IMG/VR virus record: IMGVR_UViG_3300027828_000031
Reading direction: 5' to 3' (one strand)
From: an uncultured virus (IMG/VR IMGVR_UViG_3300027828_000031)
Taxonomy: Duplodnaviria; Heunggongvirae; Uroviricota; Caudoviricetes
DNA length: 64,000 bases
Positions 17,056 to 26,179 of the stretch are shown here, piece by piece. Every line of letters starts with the position of its first letter. Positions within the stretch are counted from its first letter, which is position 1. The notes under the pieces are model-generated. The model saw nothing but the letters and a program-made list of their open reading frames with translations, made no database searches and was not told where the DNA came from. Both the position numbers and the translations under genes were made by a program.

Positions 17056-17715
17056 CTATTGAGCTTTTGCAGTCTTTTCAATGTCAACTTCAACGATATT
17101 GAGTTGCTTCTTACCTTCGATCATCCAGCATGTATAAACTGCTGATGTATGATTGTGTGATACAACTGCCGAGCAATGGCTTAATTCCACGACTATGCAT
17201 TCATCCATTTCAAATTCTTCATTGATTGCCGCTAGTAATTCTGGTGATGAAATGTGTTGTTTCTTTGATGTTCTACTCTTTACTGGTATTTTAACATCGT
17301 CCCAGTCAAGTACCATCTCTTCCATTAGTAGGTCTCTCAGTGATGTCATACACTTAACATTGATCGGTTTTGTTAATTGTCCTGATTTTAACATCGGTAG
17401 CATCACGATATCTGCTATTCCGCTTGGTCCATCTTCATCTTCGCTGTTGATTGCTATCGTTACTAGTACCTCAATGTTTGCCCATAGCATCTTATCATCT
17501 TTCGTCTTTGCAAGTACTGGCTTATCATTGTATTCATCGATTAGGTTGATTTCTTTGAATTCTACATTCGTTACAAATACCGAAGTGCCTTCTCGCATTT
17601 TGGCTGAAAGCTTGTCTGTCCAATCAATCACCAAATCTTTCACTAGTAAAACTGAGTTTTCTGCCAATTCTTTGCCGCCTGCCTCTGTTCCCATAAAATT
17701 AGTCTTCTTGATCAT
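17056..17715 (-). CDS. Hypothetical protein, SGQxxKP paralog family
   Basis: RBS AAAGGAG before ATG 17715; DKMLWANIEV...IVMLPMLKSGQLTKP. Confidence 0.75.
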   Translation of the reverse strand: MIKKTNFMGTEAGGKELAENSVLLVKDLVIDWTDKLSAKMREGTSVFVTNVEFKEINLIDEYNDKPVLAKTKDDKMLWANIEVLVTIAINSEDEDGPSGIADIVMLPMLKSGQLTKPINVKCMTSLRDLLMEEMVLDWDDVKIPVKSRTSKKQHISSPELLAAINEEFEMDECIVVELSHCSAVVSHNHTSAVYTCWMIEGKKQLNIVEVDIEKTAKAQ

Positions 17716-17974
17716 TGTAATTCTCCTTTCGTTCTTATAGTCGATTTGTAGTTGTGATGGTTTGGCCCACCATCCAATACCCAACTGATTAGGTACTCGA
17801 TGGGTTGCCAACCCGCGTTGTCCGTCACCGCAATCTCAATCGGCATTCGCTCCAGTGGTCCCAGTTTCGGTTTCACGATCGTTGCGTATTGAGTGCTCTG
17901 GCTCTGCACGCTCATTCTTTTGCGTGTCTTTTCATTGTCTGCGATTCAGTTGCCAATGTACGATCAACCAAGTC

Positions 17975-18061
17975 GACGACGCCGCGCCGCTTGATCTAAT
18001 TAAATTATACCACATCGCGCCGCGTCTGTCAATATTTCCTTCACTTTAGCCTGTGAAAGTG
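17975..18061 (-). promoter_or_regulatory. Early promoter cassette P3
   Basis: TTGACA (18027-18032), 17 bp, TATAAT (18004-18009); repeat at 18042-18061. Confidence 0.9.
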
Positions 18062-18485
18062 TGGCTTAACGATGTCGGACGAACTGTCCACGCAACGACC
18101 GTATTGATTGCAGTCGCTCCATGGGCGGCTCATTACCGCCTATTTCTGGTTTGTCTTTCTCTACGTCATCAAGTTGGTTGCTTGAACCAACGATGTATGA
18201 CGTTAGAGGCTATTTTAGGTTATATTCATTGATGGTTCATTCGTTTGTCATTTGTTCATATTTTCTTATTCATCGTCTATTTCATAGTGAACGCCCATTT
18301 CCGCGACTATTTTAGTCTAATTTAGCAACCAACAGGGTCCGTCTTGAACTTTGCTTATGCTCTATTGTCTATTGGTTGCGAAATTGATGAAGACCATCTT
18401 TCATTTCAGTTCACTATACTGTCTATTGGTTGATAGTGGATGGGTTTGGGGTACCGGCTTAAAATTGCGATTCATGTCACCTTGT

Positions 18486-18821
18486 TTATTGTATTTCGTT
18501 GACGTTGATGACCTCTTCCCCGACTAGTAGTCTATAGTCTTCGAGACCAATTGGCAATTCGTCATTGACTGCCGCCCAGACCGCCCAGAGCTGAATGATC
18601 ATCCCAGTTGTTGCTATTTGACCAGTATGTGCTTCCACTATATCAACTGCTGATTGTGCTAGTCCCACTGTTATTGCGGCTGACATTGCCTTGGTTGTTG
18701 CATCCAATAAAGTCTCTATGTTGCTGTATTCCAATGTTGCGTCTATTAGGTACCCGTATTGTTCAACTACTGATGATATTTCGTCATTGCCTAGTAACCG
18801 CTTCATTTCGCTTATTTTCAT
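18486..18821 (-). CDS. Hypothetical early protein
   Basis: RBS AAGGAG. Confidence 0.65.
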   Translation of the reverse strand: MKISEMKRLLGNDEISSVVEQYGYLIDATLEYSNIETLLDATTKAMSAAITVGLAQSAVDIVEAHTGQIATTGMIIQLWAVWAAVNDELPIGLEDYRLLVGEEVINVNEIQ

Positions 18822-18886
18822 GGCTATTCTCCTTCGTGTTTTGTTCTAGTCGATTTGTTGGTTGCCGATATGTCCCGCTTCTGTTC

Positions 18887-19120
18887 TTAGTGCATATGAT
18901 CAATCACTGCTGTTACTAGCTCGAGATTTTGAATTGGTCTGACACCACGGTTCATTGCGTGCTCATCTGCCAGTTCCAGTGCCTCTGCTATTGCATCTAC
19001 CATTGCATCTCTTTCATCGTACTCACCTGACTCGATCATCGCTTGGTGAATTGTCTCAGCTGTTAGTCTTGCATTTTCAATTATCGCGTCTCTTATTTCG
19101 CTGTTGTTTGCTCTGGTCAT
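18887..19120 (-). CDS. Hypothetical early protein
   Basis: RBS AGGAGG; first gene after P4. Confidence 0.7.
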   Translation of the reverse strand: MTRANNSEIRDAIIENARLTAETIHQAMIESGEYDERDAMVDAIAEALELADEHAMNRGVRPIQNLELVTAVIDHMH

Positions 19121-19176
19121 TTGTCCTCCTGTAATCCAGCGGCTCTGCCAGCTGAACTGTCGTGTCCGTCGTCGAC

Positions 19177-19247
19177 GATCATCAGCGGCAACAACGCCGC
19201 GTCATCTGATCTAATTACATTATACCACGCGCGTCGCGTCCTTTCAA
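19177..19247 (-). promoter_or_regulatory. Early promoter cassette P4 (divergent from terminase operon)
   Basis: TTGAAA (19242-19247), 17 bp GC-rich spacer, TATAAT (19219-19224). Confidence 0.8.
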
Positions 19248-19392
19248 GCCTTTGTGGTGATATACCCACTTCTACAGGTTTTTGGAGTCTTTAACGTAAG
19301 ATTTCATCATCCATGACAATTTATTTGAACTATATTTAATCTATCATTCTATTCAAACGATACTTAATGCGGAAGAAAGGAGTGACCAAATA

Positions 19393-20103
19393 ATGAATAA
19401 TGTACCAGTACCTAAGGACGTACAAGATAGCACGGGTCGGAAGAATACCGGGGTAGCCCAGAATCAAGTAGCAGGTAGACACCATAATAGTATAGAAATA
19501 TCAGATAATTTAGAAATATCGGTCAAAAGAGGTAAATATGCATTAGCTTGCGAGAAATCTCCATATAAAGTAGACATTGATACTTGGCTGAACGAAGGGA
19601 AATCTTATTCTTGGATTTCTAAACAACTAGAATTACTAGGAGATCCTATTTCGCCTAATTCTGTTTCTAAATACGCCAAACATAGACAAGCAATGGTCTC
19701 TAAGAAATTAATGGAAGATCCAACATATCAAGATGCAGTAAACCATATTAAGTCTAACATCCAGGATGGAATAACTCAGGTAAAGCAACTAGACCTTATG
19801 GGACAGTTAGATGATGTAATATCTTCTAATTCTTCATTGATTGCTAGATATGCCCATGATGTTGTAATTGAAACAGCTCAAGACCTGCGTTATGTCAGTC
19901 AATCTGTAATACAGGCTATAGAGGCAAAAGGTAAGCTTGCGTTAATGTCACAGAAACACCAATCTAATGCGAAAGAAATGGAGGAAAATAACGGTAAGCT
20001 AAGTGCAGGTGGACAAATGAAATCTGTATTGTCAGATATACTTGCGGCGATGACTCCAGAAGAAAGAACTTCATTAATTGATAAAATGAGAAATGGACTA
20101 TAA
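19393..20103 (+). CDS. Probable terminase small subunit (HTH)
   Basis: HTH-like GKSYSWISKQL...ISPNSVSKY; position upstream of TerL. Confidence 0.55.
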   Translation: MNNVPVPKDVQDSTGRKNTGVAQNQVAGRHHNSIEISDNLEISVKRGKYALACEKSPYKVDIDTWLNEGKSYSWISKQLELLGDPISPNSVSKYAKHRQAMVSKKLMEDPTYQDAVNHIKSNIQDGITQVKQLDLMGQLDDVISSNSSLIARYAHDVVIETAQDLRYVSQSVIQAIEAKGKLALMSQKHQSNAKEMEENNGKLSAGGQMKSVLSDILAAMTPEERTSLIDKMRNGL

Positions 20104-20118
20104 ATAAAGGAGGCAAAT

Positions 20119-20316
20119 ATGAGAAACTGGCTATTAAAGAAATTGTTAGAATGGAAGAAGAAACATTATGCGTATCAAATATTATCAATTGAACTCGAAA
20201 TAAAATTTAACCATGAAGATGAAGATGATGTATTAATTGATAAATTCAATGATTATCTGAATATCTGTAAAGCAATTGATACTATGATTATAGATATGGA
20301 GGCAAATAATGGATAA
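20119..20316 (+). CDS. Hypothetical protein
   Basis: RBS AAGGAGG. Confidence 0.55.
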   Translation: MRNWLLKKLLEWKKKHYAYQILSIELEIKFNHEDEDDVLIDKFNDYLNICKAIDTMIIDMEANNG

Positions 20317-22297
20317 TAATGAAATTGTGGAAGTTGAATCGGAAGATACAATAGAAGCAACCGAAACAGAATCTGAAGTGCAAGAAGACCAAAATTATAA
20401 TGAAATACTTGAAGCAGAATTGAAGGATAATGGAGAAATGATCAAATGGGAAGATATGTCCATGGAAGACATATTCCTAGAGGGACTCAGTTCATTGGGT
20501 GAAGCAGATTATAAAGAAGTTATTTCTGAATTTGACTCAATAGCTTGGATAGAAACTAACCGTACAATTAAGGGTAGACCATTTAGTTTTGATAAGAGAA
20601 ATTATCTACTTGATATCTATAGAGATGAATCTAGACACTTGATAATTTATAAGGGTCGACAAGTTGAAATGACTGAGTTTGCAATCAATTGGTGTTTATG
20701 GAAATTATGGAAACACCCATATACTGCCGCACTTCATACGTTCCCACGTGACAAACAGGTGTTGCGCGTTAGTAAACAAAGGATACAGCCTGCAATTAAA
20801 GATAGTAAAAAATTGACTGCATGGAAGTCACCTGAAAGTGATCAAAGAATGATCAAATTTGAGAAAATGGCTAATCCAGATACAGGACTTATTCCTTACA
20901 ACTTCTTGGTTATGGGAGGTACATGGGAGGGTGCTGGTGGTGAAGCTGGGGATGCCGCTCGTGGACTTACTATAGATTTCACAGTATATGATGAACGTCA
21001 GGATCATCCCAATGATGTTGAGGCAGTAGTTGGTGAAGCTATGTCCCATAGTGAATTCAAAAAGTCATTAACATTAGGAACCCCTAAATTGCCAGGCACC
21101 CAATTTGATGAGGAATGGGAATCTAGTACGAAACAATTCTGGATGAATACTTGTGAACATTGTGGCATGGTACAGACCATGACAATGGAAAATATACTTA
21201 AATGTGATGAACATAAAATAGAATTAATTATTGCAGGTGAGGATCAAGAATACTATTATGGATGTCGTAGATGTTTCAAACCTATTAATAGAGTAGATGG
21301 ATTTTGGAAAGAAACTAATCCTCAACGTAGAGCACCATATAGTGGATATCATATTAGTCAACTTATAGTATCATGGATCAGCGCTCAAGAGATAATGGAT
21401 AAATACATATCTGTTAAATATACTAAGCGTAAATTCTTTAATGAGGTTCTTGGGCTTGCATATGGTGGAGATGATATACCTATTACGCAAGAAGCCATGA
21501 ATAAACTATACAAGAATGATTATGGATTGTATGATCATGAGAATGAAAAACTCTATGTCGGTATTGACTGGGGTAAAACTTCATGGATTTGGGTACAGAA
21601 AAAGACTGAAAATGGTATACAGCCAATAATGATTGATTACTGTGATGATAAGAGAACTAATAAACATGCATCTATCTTTGCACAGAAATTGAAACCATAT
21701 GCTCAATACATCAAGTGCGTTGTAAACGATGCTGGACCGGACATTACGAGACATCAAACGTTGGGCGAAGAGCTGGTTAAAATTGGGATTCACGCACCTG
21801 TATACGCCTGTTACTACGCCCAGCCACCTGCTAAGGTTGATACGAAATTCAACGACAAGGAAGGTATTGTATCTGCAGGTAGATCTGAGTATATTGAAAT
21901 GGTATCGAAAGAAATTGAAACGGAACAATTAATACTTCCAGGTAAATTGAAAGATACTCCTATTATGACATTGGTTGATACTCACTTTACTTGCCTAAGT
22001 TCAGAACGTATTAAAAGAGACAATGGACAAGAATTTATTATTTATCATAACTCCGGAGATGATCATTTACTACATGCTAAGATATATTGTAATGTAGCTA
22101 TGATGTCAGATGTGGATTTACAGCATGTCGGTAGTAGTGCTTCTAATTTCCAGAATAATAACAAAGCTAATATTCAAAGTACATCAAATAGATCGAAAGA
22201 TTTATATGGATTATTGAAAACAACTATAAAACCTAAGAAACAGGCCGCAAATTCAGTACAATTTGGCAGGTCTAATAGAAGGAGGGGTCTACGTTAA
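20309..22297 (+). CDS. terL: Terminase large subunit (GpA-like)
   Basis: KGRQVEMTE Walker A-like, VYDE, GTP coupling motif, CxxC pairs, GYHISQL, GIDWG, DHLLHA. Confidence 0.9.
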   Translation: MDNNEIVEVESEDTIEATETESEVQEDQNYNEILEAELKDNGEMIKWEDMSMEDIFLEGLSSLGEADYKEVISEFDSIAWIETNRTIKGRPFSFDKRNYLLDIYRDESRHLIIYKGRQVEMTEFAINWCLWKLWKHPYTAALHTFPRDKQVLRVSKQRIQPAIKDSKKLTAWKSPESDQRMIKFEKMANPDTGLIPYNFLVMGGTWEGAGGEAGDAARGLTIDFTVYDERQDHPNDVEAVVGEAMSHSEFKKSLTLGTPKLPGTQFDEEWESSTKQFWMNTCEHCGMVQTMTMENILKCDEHKIELIIAGEDQEYYYGCRRCFKPINRVDGFWKETNPQRRAPYSGYHISQLIVSWISAQEIMDKYISVKYTKRKFFNEVLGLAYGGDDIPITQEAMNKLYKNDYGLYDHENEKLYVGIDWGKTSWIWVQKKTENGIQPIMIDYCDDKRTNKHASIFAQKLKPYAQYIKCVVNDAGPDITRHQTLGEELVKIGIHAPVYACYYAQPPAKVDTKFNDKEGIVSAGRSEYIEMVSKEIETEQLILPGKLKDTPIMTLVDTHFTCLSSERIKRDNGQEFIIYHNSGDDHLLHAKIYCNVAMMSDVDLQHVGSSASNFQNNNKANIQSTSNRSKDLYGLLKTTIKPKKQAANSVQFGRSNRRRGLR

Positions 22298-23829
22298 TGG
22301 GACATCATGTTGAACTTAATGGAACATCGGTCGGGGTATTCGATCCAAGTACAGGAAAGGTCCAATACCACAATGAAATATTTGAAGAAAAGGTAAGTGA
22401 GATCATAGCAGGCCAGAGTGCTGGTCAAGATTTCACTCAAGCATTCGCACGTGTACGTGTAGTATATAAGTGGGATAGAAACAGGGCTAGAAACAATGAT
22501 ACAATATTTGCTGAATGGAAGGGAAATCCACTTATGGCAAATAGAGTACGCATTCTGAATTCTATGATATTTGGTCGAGGATTTTCATACACATATGATA
22601 AGACCACAAAGGAAACTATAGATAGGTTCTGGCGAATCAACAAACTATCGAAGAAACTCAACAAATTAGGAGCGGATTCTCAGCTATATGGTGAAGTATT
22701 TATGGCACTTACTCCACAGCGTTCTGGAGATGTTTTAGTTACCATCTATGAATCTGGAAATGTCGAAATAGATACTCACCCATCATCTGTTGATCTTATA
22801 AACTTCTATGGAGTAGCTTACAGAGATGAAGAAAAATCAGAAGATGTTTATTTGAAATTCAAACCACTCGACACATATCTTATGGAATATGAGATGCAAC
22901 AATCAGTGGTCGGAAATGCAGTCAGAAAAGTTCGAAGTGCATTAGGATTAGGTTCCGTAAGACTTTCGGGATTTGATGGAATAATGGTACACCTTCCATT
23001 TAATAATTCAAGTGCAGAAGCACATGGTACAAGTGATTTCAGACAAGCTTATCCATATTTAAATGATTATTCAGAATTCTTAAGTGATCGCTTAGATATT
23101 CATCATAGATATGCTAGTCCAGCTTATGATATCACAATAGATACAGAAGATCCTCAGAAAATACAAGATCGTATCAGCGAATTAGTGAATTTTAATCATG
23201 GAGATAATCCAGTACACAATAATAAGGAAACATGGAAGATGTTAGAATGGTCTGGTAATACTCCAGATTCACAAGAGGATGCTGGAGAATTAAAGGGCAT
23301 GATTTGCGCTGGTATGAGTATGCCAGAACATATTCTCTTTTGTAGAAGTGATGGTGATAATGATGATGCAACAGATTATGCACTCAATAAGCTGGCAGAG
23401 GATAGACAAGATAGCTATGGTGATATGTTTACTGATATCCACAAATTCGTGGGAATTGTTGGAGGAATTGAGCCATCTGCTATAGATGCAGGTAGATTGA
23501 TATTCCCAGAAGTATCAACAATGTCTGAGAAAGTTAAAGCAGAAACTTATGTACTTAAAGTTGGCGCTAAGATTGTATCACGTGAAACAGCGGCATATAA
23601 TTGTGGTCATGATTGGGATCTTGAAAGTGAACGAATACTCGAAGAAATTAGGGTTTTAGGAGATCCGCGTGAGAGTTCAAGCGTACAGGGTACTCAAGAT
23701 GGACGTGATAATACGAGACTTAATTCAGGTCAAGATGGTGCCAATACAGATAGTACACCCAACCCAAACACAGTTCAAACAGATTCAGTAGCTCAGGGAT
23801 CTGATCGTAGGCAGTCAAGAAGTGAATAG
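22297..23829 (+). CDS. Portal protein
   Basis: Follows TerL; 510 aa; YGEVF and HGTSDF portal-like motifs. Confidence 0.8.
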   Translation: MGHHVELNGTSVGVFDPSTGKVQYHNEIFEEKVSEIIAGQSAGQDFTQAFARVRVVYKWDRNRARNNDTIFAEWKGNPLMANRVRILNSMIFGRGFSYTYDKTTKETIDRFWRINKLSKKLNKLGADSQLYGEVFMALTPQRSGDVLVTIYESGNVEIDTHPSSVDLINFYGVAYRDEEKSEDVYLKFKPLDTYLMEYEMQQSVVGNAVRKVRSALGLGSVRLSGFDGIMVHLPFNNSSAEAHGTSDFRQAYPYLNDYSEFLSDRLDIHHRYASPAYDITIDTEDPQKIQDRISELVNFNHGDNPVHNNKETWKMLEWSGNTPDSQEDAGELKGMICAGMSMPEHILFCRSDGDNDDATDYALNKLAEDRQDSYGDMFTDIHKFVGIVGGIEPSAIDAGRLIFPEVSTMSEKVKAETYVLKVGAKIVSRETAAYNCGHDWDLESERILEEIRVLGDPRESSSVQGTQDGRDNTRLNSGQDGANTDSTPNPNTVQTDSVAQGSDRRQSRSE

Positions 23830-24064
23830 GAGGCATGGAATGGGAGAACAAGATGGTAAACCGAATATTGAAATTATTGCAGATGATCCACAGTTAACAT
23901 CGTATGTAGTTAAGTCATCAATCAAGTTTCAAGTAGGTGTGACAGTAGCTATTGCAATCGTTGCGGCGATTCTCACCTATAAAACTGGATCTGCGGACAA
24001 TGTTGCAGTAGGTTCACTAATCACACTAGCAACTGGACTTGGGATGGAATATAAAACTAAATAG
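23822..24064 (+). CDS. Small membrane protein
   Basis: Two hydrophobic segments. Confidence 0.55.
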   Translation: MNRRHGMGEQDGKPNIEIIADDPQLTSYVVKSSIKFQVGVTVAIAIVAAILTYKTGSADNVAVGSLITLATGLGMEYKTK

Positions 24065-24079
24065 CACCGAACATAGAAA

Positions 24080-24106
24080 GAGCACCCTCAATTAAGATGG
24101 GTGCTC
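24080..24106 (+). terminator. Stem-loop after portal operon
   Basis: GAGCACCC-N11-GGGTGCTC. Confidence 0.55.
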
Positions 24107-24248
24107 AATCTGTATTTATATGAAGATGCAGAACGGGCGCGATAATATTGTTACTCTGGTAACCACCATTCCCTAAGGTAATGTGACTATTGGTCCTTTG
24201 TGATATTTCTTCTTCTTTTTTTATTTAAGTTACTTGAATTTATTTGGT

Positions 24249-24373
24249 TTTGATCTTCTTCTGTTGATTAGTCTGTTGCAAGCTTGCTTGCGAAACAGCG
24301 GCGAAAATTTGATTTTCGTTCGACTTTCCCTGTTCCCTTGACCTTATCCTTTGACCCCGTTGCCTTTGACCTT
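24249..24373 (+). repeat. Hairpin/TTGAYCTT element, copy B
   Basis: TTTGATCTT (24249), GCAAGC-TT-GCTTGC (24278-24291), GTTCCCTTGACCTT (24332-24345), further TTTGACC copies. Confidence 0.6.
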
Positions 24374-24558
24374 CATGCTTCAAATCGATTCTTTATTGTT
24401 TGCTTATTCGTTTGAGGGACTGTTAATAATAGGCGATTCGAGAGGCAAGAAAACTGCCGATATTTCTATCATTTTATTGTGTTGGTTGCGATTACTATAA
24501 TCTTCGCGTATATTCGCACACATGGTGCGTATGAAAATAAAAAGGAGGGAGGCAACTT

Positions 24559-25761
24559 ATGCCAGATGATATTAAAGATCTATTAAGAATTTCAGAACAA
24601 CTGGGCATCACGGGTTCAGTTATTGGTATTGAAGATGAACAATCAATAAATATACCAATTGATGAGCGATTAGACATAGACCAAATTGTTGTAGATGGTG
24701 ACACTAAGCCAGTATTTGTTATCGTAGAAACAGTAAGATCGGATACAGCATCACGTAACGGTCGATTATTTACTGAACGTTCGGTAATGGATATACACAA
24801 TCAGACTCCTGGAACAATGGGGTATCTTGGACATCCTGATCCATCTAGGGTCGGATTTGAATTTCGTGATCCACAATCTATCTTTGTAGGTTCGATCTTA
24901 GAGACAGAGGGTGGAATTTTACGTGCAATATCTAAGGCCTACATTTTCCCTGAATCGCCGCTGAGGCAATGGGTACCAGCATCAATCGCCGCTGGAAATC
25001 CAATTGGAGTTTCAGTTTTCGGAGATGGTCAAGGTAGACCTGATCCAATCTCGGGTAATGTTATCATTGAGAGGATGCATAACCTAGAATCAATAGATTG
25101 GACCAACCCTGGCACTCAAGGAATGCTAAATTCCGAATCACTAAATGTCGTAAATGAAATGGACCAAAATGGTCAAAATAATCAAGGAGGTAGTAAGGAT
25201 ATGGAAGTTGGAGTAAAACTCGACACTATTACAATTGCTGAATTAAAGCAAGCTAATCCTACAATCGTTGACAACATTATTGCTAATATCTCGATTGCAG
25301 AATTACAGCAACACAATCCAAAAGTTGTAGAGAAAATCCAAGATGAAGTTAAAGTTTCTGAGATTTCACTTACACTTAATGGTGAAGAAAAGAAAGTATC
25401 ATTGAAAGATGTACAATCTCATATCGACGCAAGAGATATCGTAATCAAAGAAATGACAAATGATAAGATTGCAACTGAAATGGCAGGTCTTGTTGAAACT
25501 AAGATTACTGAGCTAGTTGAAGAAGATTATCGTGATGCTGTTAAAAATCGCGTAACAAAGAACAATTATGCTGATGAAGCATCTTTAGTTGCGGCTATTA
25601 ATGAAGAAGTGACATTTATTGCTGAATTAGCTGGTAATATGGGTCCTGACTTTAAGAAGCCAAAAGGTAATCCACAACGTAAAAATACTGGCGACGATGC
25701 ATCTGCGATTGCTAATGGCATTTTAGCAGGTCTTGGCGTTAAAACAGGTAAGGAGGCATAA
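24559..25761 (+). CDS. Prohead protease/scaffold protein
   Basis: SRNGRLF, GYLGHP, IGVSVFG, SIDWTNPG; coiled-coil C-terminus; upstream of capsid genes. Confidence 0.75.
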   Translation: MPDDIKDLLRISEQLGITGSVIGIEDEQSINIPIDERLDIDQIVVDGDTKPVFVIVETVRSDTASRNGRLFTERSVMDIHNQTPGTMGYLGHPDPSRVGFEFRDPQSIFVGSILETEGGILRAISKAYIFPESPLRQWVPASIAAGNPIGVSVFGDGQGRPDPISGNVIIERMHNLESIDWTNPGTQGMLNSESLNVVNEMDQNGQNNQGGSKDMEVGVKLDTITIAELKQANPTIVDNIIANISIAELQQHNPKVVEKIQDEVKVSEISLTLNGEEKKVSLKDVQSHIDARDIVIKEMTNDKIATEMAGLVETKITELVEEDYRDAVKNRVTKNNYADEASLVAAINEEVTFIAELAGNMGPDFKKPKGNPQRKNTGDDASAIANGILAGLGVKTGKEA

Positions 25762-25764
25762 TTT

Positions 25765-26166
25765 ATGGACAACTATAGATTAGGTGAAGGTAATTTAGTA
25801 TCATCAGGTGAGCCAACATTCAACCCAGATGACCAATTCTTTCTAATTGCTAATGGAGCAATCAGTAAAGGAACATTTATCCAACTAGAAGGTTCAGCAG
25901 ATGGTGAAGTTGAAACTGCGGCAGACAATGCGGCGGCTCCAATTGGTATTGCATTCTCTGATTATGCAGATAATGAGAGAGTTACTGCTGATACTAGAGC
26001 ATATGCTTCTGTTACAGCTGTTGGAGCAGTAACACGTGGTGCTAAATTAGGTGTTGCGGCTGGTGGTCTTGTTAAGACTTATGCATCAGGTGCATCAGTT
26101 GGTACTGCATTAAATACAGCGGCAGACACAGAAGAAGTACGTTTTGTAGTTAACATTCAAGTCTAA
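25765..26166 (+). CDS. Capsid decoration/cement protein (DUF2190-like)
   Basis: Ala/Gly-rich, PIGIA, VGTALNTA; sits between scaffold and MCP. Confidence 0.7.
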   Translation: MDNYRLGEGNLVSSGEPTFNPDDQFFLIANGAISKGTFIQLEGSADGEVETAADNAAAPIGIAFSDYADNERVTADTRAYASVTAVGAVTRGAKLGVAAGGLVKTYASGASVGTALNTAADTEEVRFVVNIQV

Positions 26167-26179
26167 TTAATGGAGGTAT

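Noticed and set aside
17712..17915. 67-aa minus-strand ORF and the upstream extension of 17056-17811
   Set aside because: No clear SD; the region looks like a hairpin-rich leader from P3, and the strong RBS is at ATG 17715.
15616..19247. Repeats as a CRISPR array or attC-type cassette array
   Set aside because: Spacing is about 1-1.4 kb with genes between, the repeats are explained as promoters, and no cas or integrase gene is in the window.
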